From Eledone cirrhosa (lineage: Eukaryota): a stretch of 64,000 nt of DNA. Location of the stretch: assembly GCA_964016885.1 (NCBI GenBank), contig OZ024749.1, positions 45,136,001 through 45,200,000 on the forward strand, written 5' to 3'. Of this stretch, positions 29,931-44,911 are shown piece after piece. The notes beneath the pieces are model-generated. The model saw only the letters and a program-made list of their open reading frames with translations, ran no database searches and was not told where the DNA came from. A program made the translations under genes and the position numbers. The first letter of the stretch is position 1; each line of letters opens with the position of its first letter.

Positions 29931-30125
29931 AGTATTGGCAGTCAAATACTGGAATCTGCCAATACTGGAATTGAACCATCATGTCCGTTGTGGTATGTCA
30001 TACATCAATTCATGTATTTTATCTGACGAGGACGTACTGAAAAAACAGTACAGTGCCTTTGAAATATATATAATAAAACATATTTTGATGATGTGAATGT
30101 CTTCATTTATTAATATATTGAATAA

Positions 30126-30130
<5 letters not shown>
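29931..30130 (+). mobile_element. Family D element, second copy, HHR at 30017-30078
   Basis: TTTTAT-CTGACGA-GGACGTACTG..CAGTGCCTTT-GAAA-TATATA-TA-ATAAAA; 11-bp 5' inversion 29931-29941 / 29956-29966. Confidence 0.75.
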
Positions 30131-30160
<30 letters not shown>

Positions 30161-30293
30161 GTTATTCCGGGTTGAATCGGAGGTAACCACAGTAAGTAAG
30201 GTACTCAATACATAGCAGAGTATAAAAGTTTTAATATAGATGATTTCTAAAGAATGAAACAGTTCTAGTCCTGTAGAATTTCATCTATATTAA

Positions 30294-30297
<4 letters not shown>
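30161..30297. mobile_element. Family B element with inverted HHR-containing arm
   Basis: IR 30227-30243 / 30281-30297; plus strand GATGA-TTTC.TAAA.GAAT-GAAA-CAG.TTCTAGTC.CTG-TA-GAA. Confidence 0.7.
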
Positions 30298-30348
<51 letters not shown>

Positions 30349-30349
30349 C

Positions 30350-30388
<39 letters not shown>

Positions 30389-30414
30389 CACATACATCTC
30401 TCTCTCTCTCTCTG

Positions 30415-30475
<61 letters not shown>

Positions 30476-31174
30476 CAAAATGTTAATAAATGAAAAATAT
30501 TCTCATAATCAAAATATATATTTTATTATACATATTTCAAAGGTACAATGATGTTTAAGTACGTTTTCATCAGACAAAATATAAGATTTGATATGTGACA
30601 TAACGCTACAGTTTTGATTATTCAATTCCAGTATTGCCCATACAATTGTTTCACTGATTAAGTTGTCTAAAAAATTGCTGAACACTAGAAGCAGTGTCGT
30701 ATACATTCCTGCCAGATGGCCTCGATCCTGTGTCAGTGTTGAACAAAAAGGTGACGTGGTTGCCTAAACACTGCACGGCGTAATTCGGGCTGTTTCTTTG
30801 TTTACAAACAAACAAACCGTCGGCAAACCGATACGTGCATATATATATGTGTGCATATGTGTATATATATACATACTACTGTACGTCTGTATACATATAT
30901 GTATGTACGTATACATACATACATATCTATGGGGTGGGGATATGCGTGCAGACAGGTCAGGTTGCACATAACACTTGCTTTTGCACTTACATGAATATAG
31001 GAAAACAGTGTGTTTACCCACTGGAAAAGCTACTGTGTAAGAAAACAATGAATATACGTACATGCATTCATATATTTATATGTTGGTTTATACTGACACC
31101 CACACAAACACACTCATATATATATATATATATATATATACATAGGAATATATACATATGTCTCTCTCTCTTTA

Positions 31175-31235
<61 letters not shown>

Positions 31236-32681
31236 CTTCATGTATACACACACATATATATATATGTGTGTGTGCATACTTAGACTTTCCTATGCATTCA
31301 GTGTTAGGGACAGAAGGCGGAAAATGAATAAATGCTGGATGGAGATGATGTGTTTGTGTCTGTACTTTCCTGTGTGTATTGTTGTATATATACAAGTATG
31401 ATTGCGTTCTTGTGTTTGTCTGTGTGTGTGTATTTGTACGTGTGGTGGAATGTGGAACTATCTTCTCCCCTCCCCTTCTTCTTCCTTATTTTTTACAGAT
31501 CTTATAAACAAGTCTGTCTCCATTCTTTGATTTTGTTGTTCATTGAATTGGCAATTTCTCCTTTCTGTTTCTATTGAAGCAACACATATTTGAAGTGTTC
31601 TGGAGAAAGTCGATAAGGCAGGGAGCGGGGAACTGTGAAAGAGAGATTGGAGAGAGGGTGAGGGGGAGAGATAGAGACAGAGTTTAGGAGCTAGGTGTGT
31701 TAGGCAGTGAGTGAGAGAGTGGAGTTAGAAAAGGTGAGTGTGAAATAGTAGGAGAATGTATGGGATTGAGTGAGAGAGGAGAGTAAGATTTAATATGGAT
31801 ACTGATTGAGAGAGAGTGGAGAGAGAGAGAGAGAAATATATTTCTGTCTCTCTCCATCTCACATTTTCCCTACTGCTTCTTCTCCCTTTTTTTCTGTTCA
31901 ATCTCTCTGACTTCCTCTTTCTGACACTTTCTCTCTGCGAATCCCTCTTCCTGACTGAGGGAGAACGAGAGAGAGTGAGAAAGTGTGGACCGAGATAGAT
32001 AAGGGATAGTTAGTGAGCGAGACTGGGTAGAGAGACTGTCAGAGATAAAGAGAGATTGAGGAGCGAGAAAGAAAGAAAACAGTGAAGTGAGTAAGAGGCT
32101 TGAAAGGGACCAGTGAGAGGGAGAACGGCGAAGAAATTGAGGAAGAGAGATATAGGGTGGTTTCTGAGAGGGGTTAGATATAGTGAGTGAGAATCAATTG
32201 GAGGGAGGTGGTGAAGTGTGAGCGAAAAGAAGGAATCAGTGAGAGAAGAGAACAGGAGAGATAAAAGCAGAGGTATAAAGGAAAAAGAACGAAGAGAGCA
32301 AGGAAAAAGAGAAAGAAAGAAAAATAAAATATAAACATGGAAAGAAAAAAGAAATGAACATGGACAATCAAATAAATAAAAGATAACAAGAAAGTACGAA
32401 AGAATGAATGAAAGAGATAAAGGAAGGAAGGAAGGAAGGAAGGAATTATAACAGATAGAAAGGGAAAGTGAGAAAGAAAATAAAAAATAAAATGAAAATG
32501 AATATACTAATGATGAAAGAGGAAAACAAAATGAAAGAAGAAAAATAATGAATAAAAATCAATTGAAGGAAAGAACGAGTGAATGGTAGATACATGATAA
32601 CTAATAAAACAAAGAAAAAATATGAGAGAAAAAGAAAGAAACAAACATAGAATGACAGGAAATAGTAGATAGATGTATATA

Positions 32682-32845
<164 letters not shown>

Positions 32846-32847
32846 AT

Positions 32848-33167
32848 ACTTCTTTTAGGCGAAAGAAGCGAGAGAAGCTGACAGTCTGTTTCACGCTGTT
32901 GGTGGTCATCACCAATCGCTCTGTATAGTCAGCTCCTGATCATTACTGGAATTCTATAAGAATCCAGCTTCTATAATTTTCGGCGAAGGCGGGGAGTGCG
33001 GGACTCTGATGATCGCCAACAGCGTGAAACAGAATGTTAGCTTCTCTCCCTTATTTCGCCGGAAAGAAGTAAGTGACATAGTCACTACTTTAAAACCGAT
33101 AGCGTATGGTCTTCAAAATGTTTTTAATTAAACATACGGTATATTGCCAAATATACTATACATACAT
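32848..33167 (+). mobile_element. Family F HHR element with 5' inverted arm (32848-32911 / 33007-33070)
   Basis: Homologous to 63781-64000; (TA)n flanks; HHR at 33003-33041: CTGATGA-T.CGC.CAACA.GCG.T-GAAA. Confidence 0.8.
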
Positions 33168-33180
33168 TCAAATATATATA

Positions 33181-33267
<87 letters not shown>

Positions 33268-33437
33268 ATACATGAAAATAGTTACGGAAAATACAAATGC
33301 CATGCTGATGATTGTTAATAAATATGAATCCCCGAAAAGCTGCCAGGATGTGGAATTTGAATATATCTATATATGAAACCCTACATTCATAAGTTTGGAA
33401 AACTTTCTATTATGTGTCAATATTTATACCCGAAGAC

Positions 33438-33621
33438 CATAAAGGGCCTTGCAACATAAAGTTACGACCCTTTATGATCTGAGTTCAAATCCCGCCGAGG
33501 TTAACTTTGCCTTTCATCCTTACGGGGTCGATCAAATAAAGTACCAGTCACATACTGGGTTCGTTTTAATCGACTTCCCCTCCTCCCAAATTGCTGGCCT
33601 TGTGCCTATATAAGAAACCAA
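33438..33621 (+). mobile_element. Main SINE with degenerate ~17-bp TSD
   Basis: TATTTATACCCGAAGAC (33421-33437) / TATTCATACCCTAAGAC (33622-33638). Confidence 0.85.
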
Positions 33622-33739
33622 TATTCATACCCTAAGACACAAACACACACATACACCGACATACGTATATAAAGTAACTACATAAATACATTTGGATTTA
33701 TAGATGTGAGAAGTCGAGGACTCAATACATTGTCTAGAG

Positions 33740-33935
33740 AAGGCATTTCAAACTGAGGGTTCCACGAGGGCTGCATGGGTCACATATATGTTGTCTGAGG
33801 ACCACACACGACAAACAATTGCGTACATTACAACTAAGTTATTTTCCTTATTACGAAGATAAAATGCTCGCGCTGTAAAAACATTTGTGCGGGCCGCATG
33901 TATGCTTGTAAATGGCCGCATGTTTGACATGCCTG
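33740..33935. mobile_element. hAT-superfamily MITE (Charlie-like)
   Basis: TIRs AAGGCATTTCAAAC / GTTTGACATGCCTG; 8-bp TSD GTCTAGAG / GTCTAGAA; subterminal GCGGGCCGCATG motifs. Confidence 0.8.
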
Positions 33936-35240
33936 GTCTAGAACATATACTATCTATGAAAATGACTGACTAAATCGTACGTCACTAGAAGGATTAAAAG
34001 AAAAGTTAACCTAGGCAGGAATTAAACACAGGAAGTGAAGGACCGGAACAGATAGTCACGAGGCATTTTACCGGAAGTTAAATGGATTTTGCATCGTCAC
34101 CACCTAAAAGATAACATTTAGACAAGTATAGTGAGGCTTCGATCTCCGTGCCTTAGCGTTACGTACATAGCATTCGCCCACGGCACTAATGACAATGAGA
34201 ATAGAAACAACAACACAATAGGTGTAAACCGTTAAATTATTTTTACTACTGGTGTCCCTGACCTCCGAACTGCCGCTTCCCCCCCCCCCCCCGCAACTTT
34301 GATTTGAGAAGAACGACTCCCAATTGAGGATGAATCTCAACGAGTTTGAAGGGCTGAAGCAGTGAGTGTTACTGACTGTTTTTCGTGGCAATGGCTTCAC
34401 TATTTTCTCCGCAGGCTTCACTATTTTCTTCACTATTTTCTGAGGCGTAGAGTTTTCTGCTCTCTACCGAACTTTTACTATTTATTTTCCTTTTGTTTTT
34501 TCCCGTTTTTATTTTACTGTTCTTTCAACTATTATATAATACAAAATAAATTTGTTGATTAAAATAAATTAAATGACCTTTTATTCTACTGCTTGGCAGA
34601 ACATCCTAGCATAGTGTTCAAATGTTAGAAAGCATAGAATTCTATCGGAATATCACAAAGAATTTCCATTTATTGTATTGGTTTTTATTACCCTGTAAAC
34701 CCGAATGCCACCCCACCAACCACACATTAACATTAGTTATTCCCCACCAATGTTAGTGAATATGTTCAAACTTCTATTTAACTAAGGTTTTCACAGTCTG
34801 CTAATCTGATCATTTCAAAGTGTTTGTCAAACTAATCAGAATAACTTATATCATTAGATTATTTCTGAATAGTATGTTAGATTTCAGCTTAAACACTTAT
34901 TATTAAATAGAATCACAATATGTGGTCATGGTATTGCAATATCAGTAGCTGGTATTTAGGGGTTCAAATATATTGCAAGTATTTCGCTTCCGTTCTATTG
35001 TGTGGAATTTCTTCTAATTTCTTCTTTGTAATTTAACTGTTGTTGTCAGCAGACAGGATATCGAATTGAATGTATAACCGTAAATATCTATCACCCTATA
35101 CATGGTGTAGGGAATTGTTTCTCGTCCACTTAAAAATAAATATTTGAGGTTTATTTCATACACAAATTTATCTTTCAAAGTCACAATTCTATCGCGAAAA
35201 TAAGGAAGACAAAGTTTCATGGTCATTATTATCTCACCGG

Positions 35241-35570
35241 CAGGGCGATGGATTGGTAGAGGGTCGGACGACATACTTTGTAGTATAGAGTTACGGCCCT
35301 TTATGGTCTGAATTCAAATCCCGCCGAGGTTAACTTTGCCTTTCATCCTTACGAGGTCGATAAAATAAAGTACCAGTAATTCACTGGGATAATTGCCGGC
35401 CTTGTGCCAAAAGCAGAAATAATTATTCCTCACCGGAAGAGGGGCAGACTCCATGCTTTGCAGCTGAGAGTTAACTTTGCTTTTCATCCTTACGGGGTCG
35501 ATAATATAAAGTACCAGTAATGCACTGGGATAATTGCTGGCCTTCTGCCAAAAGTAGAAACAAATATTAT
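35241..35570 (+). mobile_element. Full-length main SINE (TSD CTCACCGG) followed by a second partial copy
   Basis: CTCACCGG at 35233-35240 and 35429-35436; second core/tail at 35447-35570. Confidence 0.88.
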
Positions 35571-35857
35571 CTTAAGTATATTGTCAGAAGATATGTTATG
35601 AGAATTTGTATCAAAGAAGTTTGCAGTCTCAGCGTGAAGGTTTCTTAGGTGATAATATCTAAAGTATATTCTGTTTGACCTTAATATAATAAGTAAGTAA
35701 ATTTCGTGTGAGATACTTCGTCTAGTCTTGTACCATGTACGAAAAATCCACTGCTTGCTAGCAAAAGAGAAATACACATAGGCACATACACACACATATA
35801 TGTCTATGTGTGTATTCGTATATCTATATATCTATCTATCTATCTATCTATCTATAT

Positions 35858-35920
<63 letters not shown>

Positions 35921-36332
35921 TAATATTATAATTGAATATAAAAAAAAAAAAGAAAAACAAACACAGATATAAAGATATATGTGTTCAAATCACAAGGGAC
36001 CAGATTCGCTAAGGTGAAAAGAATACTAACTATAGACAACAGGGTTTGCCTGTCTCAATTTAAGAAAAAATAAAGAAAATAAATACAAATCGGAATTATG
36101 GTAACTACGAATCACCCAGACAACTTGGTGTTGTTTCGCAATATTAATTGTGAATAGAATTACCAATTCTTGCTCATCAATGGGTGATGAATCCTAGACA
36201 CTTCTAAGTATATTAAGAAACTAAATAGTGTGCTATATATAATAGCGCACATGGTATCTTAGCGTGTCTCACAAACATACACCACTAAAAATAGCAGCCA
36301 GATTTATTCGACATTTGAAATAGCTCAACAAA

Positions 36333-36401
<69 letters not shown>

Positions 36402-37211
36402 CCCTCAGTATATATATATATATCTGAGGGAACGGTAGAGATTGAGAAAACACAAAGAAAGATGGAGAGGGAAAAGAGGAATGAGATTACATGTGATGAA
36501 TGTGTAGCGGATAGCGCAGAGGGGCAATGGGTTTGAGAAGGGGTGGTTAGAGATGATGTCTATTAGAGAAAAATCGAAAAGGAGAAACGCTCGGAAAGGA
36601 ACATGGCTAAGTTGCTGCTAAAGACTGATAGTGTTAACCAATTAATTGGTCAGGCACACTGACATGCCAAAGGGCGAGGTTGCACTTTCCATCATCATCT
36701 ATCCACGCGATTCTATCCACCAACACAACCAACACCGACACCACCATCTACAATAACCCTACCATCCCTTTTGTTTTCTTTCTGCTGTAATGCCAAAACA
36801 AGGCTTAGGCAGTAAAGCAGAGGGCTGTCAGTGGGCAGATATAGATAGATTGTTTGAGAAAGACAGAGAAAGAGATGGGAGAGAGAGAGGGAGAGAGAGA
36901 CATAGAGAGAGGTATGGGGAATTACAGAAAGAGAGAGTGAGAGAGAGAGACTGAAAGAGAGAGAGGGGGAGAGAGAAGCAGAGAGGTAGAGAGAGAGTAA
37001 GAGAGGAAGAGAGGTAGGTTGGTGGAATCGTAAAGCGGTGATTGGGACAAGCAAAACTAAATATAAATATATCAAATGTCACCACAAGCAGGCAGATGTC
37101 AGAAAAATACGCAAAGTAAAACTCCTGCCTTGCCACCGTGGTTTTTAATAAACTGGAGGCAATGATGCATCTAGAGAGATATATATGATGATTGTACCAA
37201 AAGATGGTTGC

Positions 37212-37243
<32 letters not shown>

Positions 37244-37426
37244 TGTGTGAGTATATATATTTACTCACACAAACTGTGGCATTCATAAGCGCATATACGA
37301 TTGCAAATACATTTATAGGTGTACATATGTTTATTGACATATATATATATATGTATATACATATATATACTGACATGAAAACAAATATGTATATATATAT
37401 ATATATATATATGTGTATATATATGA

Positions 37427-37475
<49 letters not shown>

Positions 37476-37718
37476 CTTTGGCCCACAAACATACATACAT
37501 ATGTATGCGTGCCTGATTATATAGAAAAGCGCATCGAGAGTTATTGGATTTTTTTTTCCACGCAGATATATAAAAAGGCGTAAAAGCAAACTTAGAGGAA
37601 CACTTAAGTATCTTAGACTTGAATTTGCTCACGTATATATAACTTCATGAATGCGTATATTCATACGCGTACATAAGCACTCACGCTCTCATATATATAT
37701 ATATAGACACATATATTG

Positions 37719-37869
<151 letters not shown>

Positions 37870-38001
37870 GTAAACAACACTCACCTTCGAACACAAGCAC
37901 GTAAATATACGTGCTCGCGACGGTATTTTTTGTTTAAGTAGGTATCACACCTTTGCTTTTTTCCTGAGTGTGTGAAGAACGCGAACTTGTGTCGCTCATG
38001 C

Positions 38002-38369
<368 letters not shown>

Positions 38370-38375
38370 TGTATG

Positions 38376-38452
<77 letters not shown>

Positions 38453-38466
38453 ATAAACATATAGCT

Positions 38467-38526
<60 letters not shown>

Positions 38527-38867
38527 ATGTAAGTATATTTCATTTCTTGGTGTCTTAAAAAAGGTTCCTGATTGGCAGACTTATTGTAATCTTAAAAGAG
38601 ACGAAGGGGAAGACCTCCAAACTTTGTTTTCAGTCTCTCTACTTAGCTGCTTAATAGAAATCGCTTGGTTACATATATGTATGTTTACGATTATTTATTT
38701 CTATTTTGGTGAAGAAACCTTATATCTTTATATCCATCTATACATGTGATGTGTATATGTATATATGCATTTATATGTATTACATTCTCGTATCATTGAC
38801 TTATTTACAAATTCAATTGGTATCTGCTATATTACCGTTACAATTTCGAATTATACGGTGGGCGCTT

Positions 38868-39016
38868 AGGGGTGGCGGATTGGCAGTATCGGTAGAGGGT
38901 CGGACGTCATGCTTTGCAGCATAGAGTTACGGCCCCTGCCATTCTGAGTTCAAATTCCGCCGAGGTTAACTTTGCCTTTCATCCTTACGGCGTTGATAAA
39001 ATAAAATACCAGTAAT
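38868..39016 (+). mobile_element. Main SINE lacking 3' tail
   Basis: Head GGGTGGCGGATTGGCAGTATCGG, B-box and core. Confidence 0.88.
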
Positions 39017-39267
39017 ACAAGTATAACATATATATATATTTTGCATGTTGGAGTGTGAGTACGCATTTGCGCATGTGCGAATATAGAAATAATATACCTT
39101 TTAAATGTTGGTCTTCCCAGTTTTACAAATGATTCTAACGTTGGACACATGAATTGGTTTTGGCAGACATAATTATTTGCGATTTGAAGAATGTGATCTA
39201 ATAATGAACGAATCAATAGAATGAAATAGGAAATTAAAACGAGTGACAGCCTGCTCATAGATCATTA

Positions 39268-39572
39268 TGGATTGGCAGTATCGGTAGAGGGTCGGACGCC
39301 ATGCTTTCCAGCATAGTTACGTCCCTTTACGATCTGAGTTCAAATCCCGCCGAGGTTGACTTTGCCTTTCATCCTTACGGGGTCGATAAAATAAAGTACC
39401 AGTAATGCACTGGGTAATTGCTGGCCTTGTGCCAAAAGTAGAAACAATTATATCATCATCACGTCCTTACAGGGTCGATCCTTTCATCCTTACGGGGTCG
39501 ATAAAATAAAGTACCAGTAATGAACTGGGATAATTGCTGGCCTTGTGCCAAAAGTAGAAACAATTATATCAT
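39268..39572 (+). mobile_element. Main SINE with tandemly duplicated 3' half
   Basis: Core and tail repeated at 39480-39572. Confidence 0.88.
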
Positions 39573-39834
39573 CAACAAATACAATATAAGACATGAAAAA
39601 TTGACGGAGTATCCTTGTCATTTGTTGCACGTCTTATACAACAAATGACAACGACATGACAACATTATATCAGCTATCACCATGGGGAAAACAGAAAAAA
39701 GATTATAAAGGTCCTTGATATTGTGGGCCTAGATATACTTTATCTGGAGGTTTACGTTAACTGTTCATTGCAGTTACATAGTTTCTCCAGTATCCGCAGG
39801 ACATAAGTGGGATATATTTGTCAACAGAAAATGC

Positions 39835-39880
<46 letters not shown>

Positions 39881-40268
39881 ATAGTAGTAGTAGTAGTAGT
39901 AGTAGTAGTAGAAGCGTTGGTGGTAGGAGAAGAAGAAAAAAAGGAGCGTTATGATGTACATTCATTGAGATGTTTAGGTAAGCCGTATTAAGTTCTGAGT
40001 CCAAATTCAACTCCTGTTGATGTCACTGTTTACACTTTCCAACATGGAAGATGAAGTTATGTACGTTGATATAACTAATAATACAACACCCGCTCACAAC
40101 TGAGTATGGTGCGGTGGTATGTAGTATGATATCTCTAAGGGTATTAGGTGGATATTCAGTCACAAGCAGACACATACATCCTCATTCGATCTAACAGTAA
40201 ATCCACGACGAAAGAGTTAGAAGGAAACAGAGAGAGAGAGAAAGATAGAGAGAGATAGAGAGAGGTAT

Positions 40269-40314
<46 letters not shown>

Positions 40315-40799
40315 AAATAGAGAGAGAGGGAGAGAGAGATGTATCAATAGTGGATTGGTACTTTCTTCATCTAACCTGAATGGCAAAGTGGATCTGGCTG
40401 GATACGGCCAGTTTAAATGCTAAAGGGTTAAATGATGATGATGATGATGATGAAGATTTCTAACCATTTCTCTCTTTCATTCTGTCTTTTTCTCCCCCCT
40501 CTCTCCCTCCACCCTCTCTCCTTCCACCCCTCTCACCACTGCCGTGGTCCTCGGCAGAATTTGAACTCAGAACCAATATCCAAAGATCTAAAGATTCTGA
40601 TAAATTGACCATCATAACCGTTCGAGCTCTGGGGTCAATCTTCTGGAATATAACCGGTTCTGATACACGTGGCTGTGTGCCAATAGGAGTCATCATTATC
40701 GAGATAACAAGGCAGTAGATTATTGACTAGACAGGGGTTAGGGTTGGGTGGCGCTGGGGGTTAGGACTGTAGTAGAATAAGGTTATACAGAAGTTAGTG

Positions 40800-40905
40800 G
40801 GAGATGACGCAGACATGGCTACTGCTGGTGCTCGTGATAATGATGATTGTGATGATGATGATGATGATGGTGGTGATGATTACGATTGTTATGTTGCTAA
40901 TGATA

Positions 40906-40938
<33 letters not shown>

Positions 40939-41344
40939 GCAGCGACGACCATTGCAAGTAGTGATGGTGGTGGTAGTGGTGGATGGTGGTAGTCGTAATG
41001 GTGGTGGTGCTGGTGGTGGTGGTAGTCGTAATGGTGGTGGTGCTGGTGGTGGTGGTAGTCGTAATAGTAGTGGTAGTGGTGGTGGTAGTCGTAATGGTGG
41101 TGCTGGTGGTGGTGGTGGTGGTGGTGGTGGTGGTGGTGGTGGTGGAAGTGGTAGTGATGGTGATGGTGGTGGTGGTGATGGTGCTGGTGGTGCTGGTGGT
41201 GCTGGTGGTGGTGGTGGTGGTGAAGATGGTGACCACGAACACGATGACGAGGATCATGATGCTGATTCGTAGGTAGGGATGACGGTGATGATAATGATGA
41301 TGATAATGCTGACGATGATGATAATGATGATGATAATGATGATA

Positions 41345-41380
<36 letters not shown>

Positions 41381-41420
41381 TTGACGACGACAATGATAAT
41401 GATGATAATGATGATGATGA
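40800..41420. repeat. (GAT)n/(GGT)n low-complexity tract
   Basis: Direct reading. Confidence 0.92.
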
Positions 41421-41645
41421 TAAGAAGAGCAAGAGAAGAGTGGGAAAGAGGTCGGGTGGTGGGGGTTATTTGATCAGCTACATTGGCAATATAAGCAAAT
41501 TACAAGCCACGTCTTAACTTGATAAGTATGTGTTAGTCGTATTGCAATTTAGAGTTTCCGATCCGATGAGCGAATCACAAACACACACACTATCTCCCTC
41601 TAATACCCCCTCTCTATCTCCATCTTTCTCTCTCTCTCCCCTCTC

Positions 41646-41758
<113 letters not shown>

Positions 41759-41816
41759 ATATATATATAAATATGTATTGGTGAGTGTGTTCTGTTATTA
41801 ATTCTGGCAATATTAT

Positions 41817-41871
<55 letters not shown>

Positions 41872-41879
41872 GATATATA

Positions 41880-41956
<77 letters not shown>

Positions 41957-42025
41957 TTATGTATATATATACATGTATGTATATGTATATAGATATGCAT
42001 ATGTATATATATGTGTCTATATATA

Positions 42026-42132
42026 TGAAGAAGTGCTTATGCCCGAAACGTCGTCCCGCCCCCACTCTCAAGAGCGCGAAACTAATAAACCTTTGTTCGT
42101 ACTGCCTCTCTGTTTTGTTGCCGTTCCATTTT

Positions 42133-42138
<6 letters not shown>
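42026..42138 (+). mobile_element. Family K PLE-type HHR element, starting inside the HHR core
   Basis: TGAAGA-A-GTGC.TTAT.GCCC-GAAA-CG-TC; downstream GAAACTAATA and GTACTGCCTCT shared with 60421-60545 (minus). Confidence 0.65.
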
Positions 42139-42178
<40 letters not shown>

Positions 42179-42301
42179 CATATATATATGTATATATACA
42201 CATATATATGTATATATGCATGTATGTATTTATATATATAGATACATATGTGTGTGTGTGTAAGAGGATTTATCTATCTATCTATCAAATAAAGAAAGAT
42301 A

Positions 42302-42400
<99 letters not shown>

Positions 42401-42980
42401 GTATGTGATATGGTGATATGGTTTGCAACAGAGAGAAAAAAAAGCCGAAAAAAGAAAATTGGCAAAATGGCCGGCTGCTGTTTCTGCTGCTGCTCATATT
42501 GCTACTGCTGCTACTGCTGCTGCTGCTGTTCTCTATATTACTGCTGCTACTGCTGCTTCTGCTGCTACTAATGATTTTCTTTCTGCTGACTCTGATACAG
42601 ATGCCATTACGCTAAAAGATTGCCTTTGGTAGAACCGACAATTTGCAACAGGAAATGTTTGTATATTAAGGTTGATTTCAAAAATAAGCTATTGGCTTCT
42701 AACTGATTGATGATAACTTGCGTCTCAAACACTGTTTACATATGTTACTCTGTCTAATATATTTGTGTTTGATGAGGTTGGTGGGGTAGAATATATAAGT
42801 GCATGATTTTTCTGTATTCCTGCCTTGTATTACTCAGTTTGTGTGAGGTGGGGATGCCTGCCTGCGTGTGCAACTCTCTGAATAATTACATTGACTTCAA
42901 TGAGTGTACGGTACGTCATATATGTAAATATATTTATAAAGATTGGTTGGTTTGGAAAGATGTGCGTGTATACATGTATG

Positions 42981-43027
<47 letters not shown>

Positions 43028-43109
43028 GAAGAAAGAGAGAGAGAGAGTAAGAGAGCGAGAGCGAAAGATAGAAGTGTGTGTGTTAATATATACATATACA
43101 TATATATAT

Positions 43110-43161
<52 letters not shown>

Positions 43162-43225
43162 GTCAAGTATAAAATTTGTAGAAACTTGTTTGAAAAAAAA
43201 GAAATTTCTACAACTTTCATAATTA

Positions 43226-43305
<80 letters not shown>

Positions 43306-43855
43306 TAGGTTTGTCACTTACACACCGAAACCAGTACACCTCACGGCCAGGTTTATATCTTTCGTTGAACCCACATTGCTCCTAGCGAGGTAGAGAACTA
43401 CTCTGATTTGTGGTCTCCTGTGTATTGGAAGCGCAGTATTTATATACATATTTGAACTATGCTTGTATAATATTTTTCATATTGGGTGAAGAAAAAAATG
43501 AGCATGCTTCTCTAAATGTGGACCTGCTCTATGTTTACTCTGCTTGTTTGAACTCATTGTTGATCGAAAGCAGAGCAACATTCAGAGATATGTTAGTTTT
43601 ATTTAGAATAAGGTTTTAACAGGAGAGGCTATCCATTATTTCCTGTTTATTGATTACTAAGTAACATAAAAATGGCAGGCTTACAAACGGACATCATGTG
43701 TCCATCTTAGTCTGACACTATATACTTACATGAATTTGCGTATGTAATTCCTTTGTACGAAATATTAATCTCAGTATGACGTTTTTTTTTTTTTAGAACA
43801 TTTCTTAACCGCAAGCTATTAAGCTCCTTATGTCGCTCCACGAAACTGTATATAT

Positions 43856-43888
<33 letters not shown>

Positions 43889-43930
43889 AATACATACATA
43901 TATATATATATATAAATATATATATATATT

Positions 43931-43997
<67 letters not shown>

Positions 43998-43998
43998 T

Positions 43999-44033
<35 letters not shown>

Positions 44034-44632
44034 TTATATATACACAATTTGGTATATATATATATATATATATATATATCAATCTTTCATCTCTCTCTGT
44101 ATATTTTTATATCGTTATCTAAATCATAACCCATATATATGGTGACTGTGTGTCTGCATTTCGATCAATCAACCTATTTATTTTCTATTAAAATAATCTC
44201 TATAACTATATGTTATGTAATATAAATGTATGCTCTAATTGTATCGAGTATTTATATATATTTCGTTTTTGTTTTCTAGTTGCTATTGCTAAACGATATA
44301 GTTGAATGGATAAGATCAGAATCCTAAATTCATATGCCATACCTAACCTATTTATTTGCATATTGTTTTCTGTTCTCTTGTTTTGTTTATATTTTTCTAG
44401 CAATGCCATAAGAATGAATTCTTTCAGACATTGTTAGAAAAAGACAATTGTCCGAGTTTTGTTTATATACACTGATTGATGAGGCGAATCAAAACGATTT
44501 AACCATCTCATTGAATAACAGTGATAAGACATCCGAACAAACAGATTTGAAACTAAATTTATTACAAATATGTAAATGAACACTAAAGATTTCCCGTGAG
44601 ATTATATGAAAAAACAATATATATATATATAC

Positions 44633-44778
<146 letters not shown>

Positions 44779-44863
44779 GTATGTATATATGTATGTAAAG
44801 GGTAAACAGAAATGACATCACAATCGGTACAGTATATGGAAGGGAAGTGTGTGTGTGTGAGGA

Positions 44864-44911
<48 letters not shown>

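Noticed and set aside
30751-30810. CRE/RFX/FOX-like motifs (GTGACGTGGTTGCC, TGTTTAC) as an enhancer
   Set aside because: Short motifs expected by chance; no independent evidence
39268-39350. tRNA gene
   Set aside because: A/B boxes belong to the SINE head; no cloverleaf, and it continues into the SINE core
40411-40431. piggyBac-like end GGG-TTAA
   Set aside because: Single end only; no matching opposite TIR found
40460-40696. Non-repetitive ORF MMTPIGTQPRVSEP as a host exon
   Set aside because: No recognisable motif; overlaps a SINE B-box remnant and a (CT)-rich tract
40734-40765. Telomeric TTAGGG repeats
   Set aside because: Only one or two degenerate units in a G-rich patch
40952-41272. 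Gly-rich ORF (GGGGSRNGGGAGG repeats) as a structural protein exon
   Set aside because: Embedded in a (GGT)n/(GAT)n tract open in many frames; no splice or homology support visible
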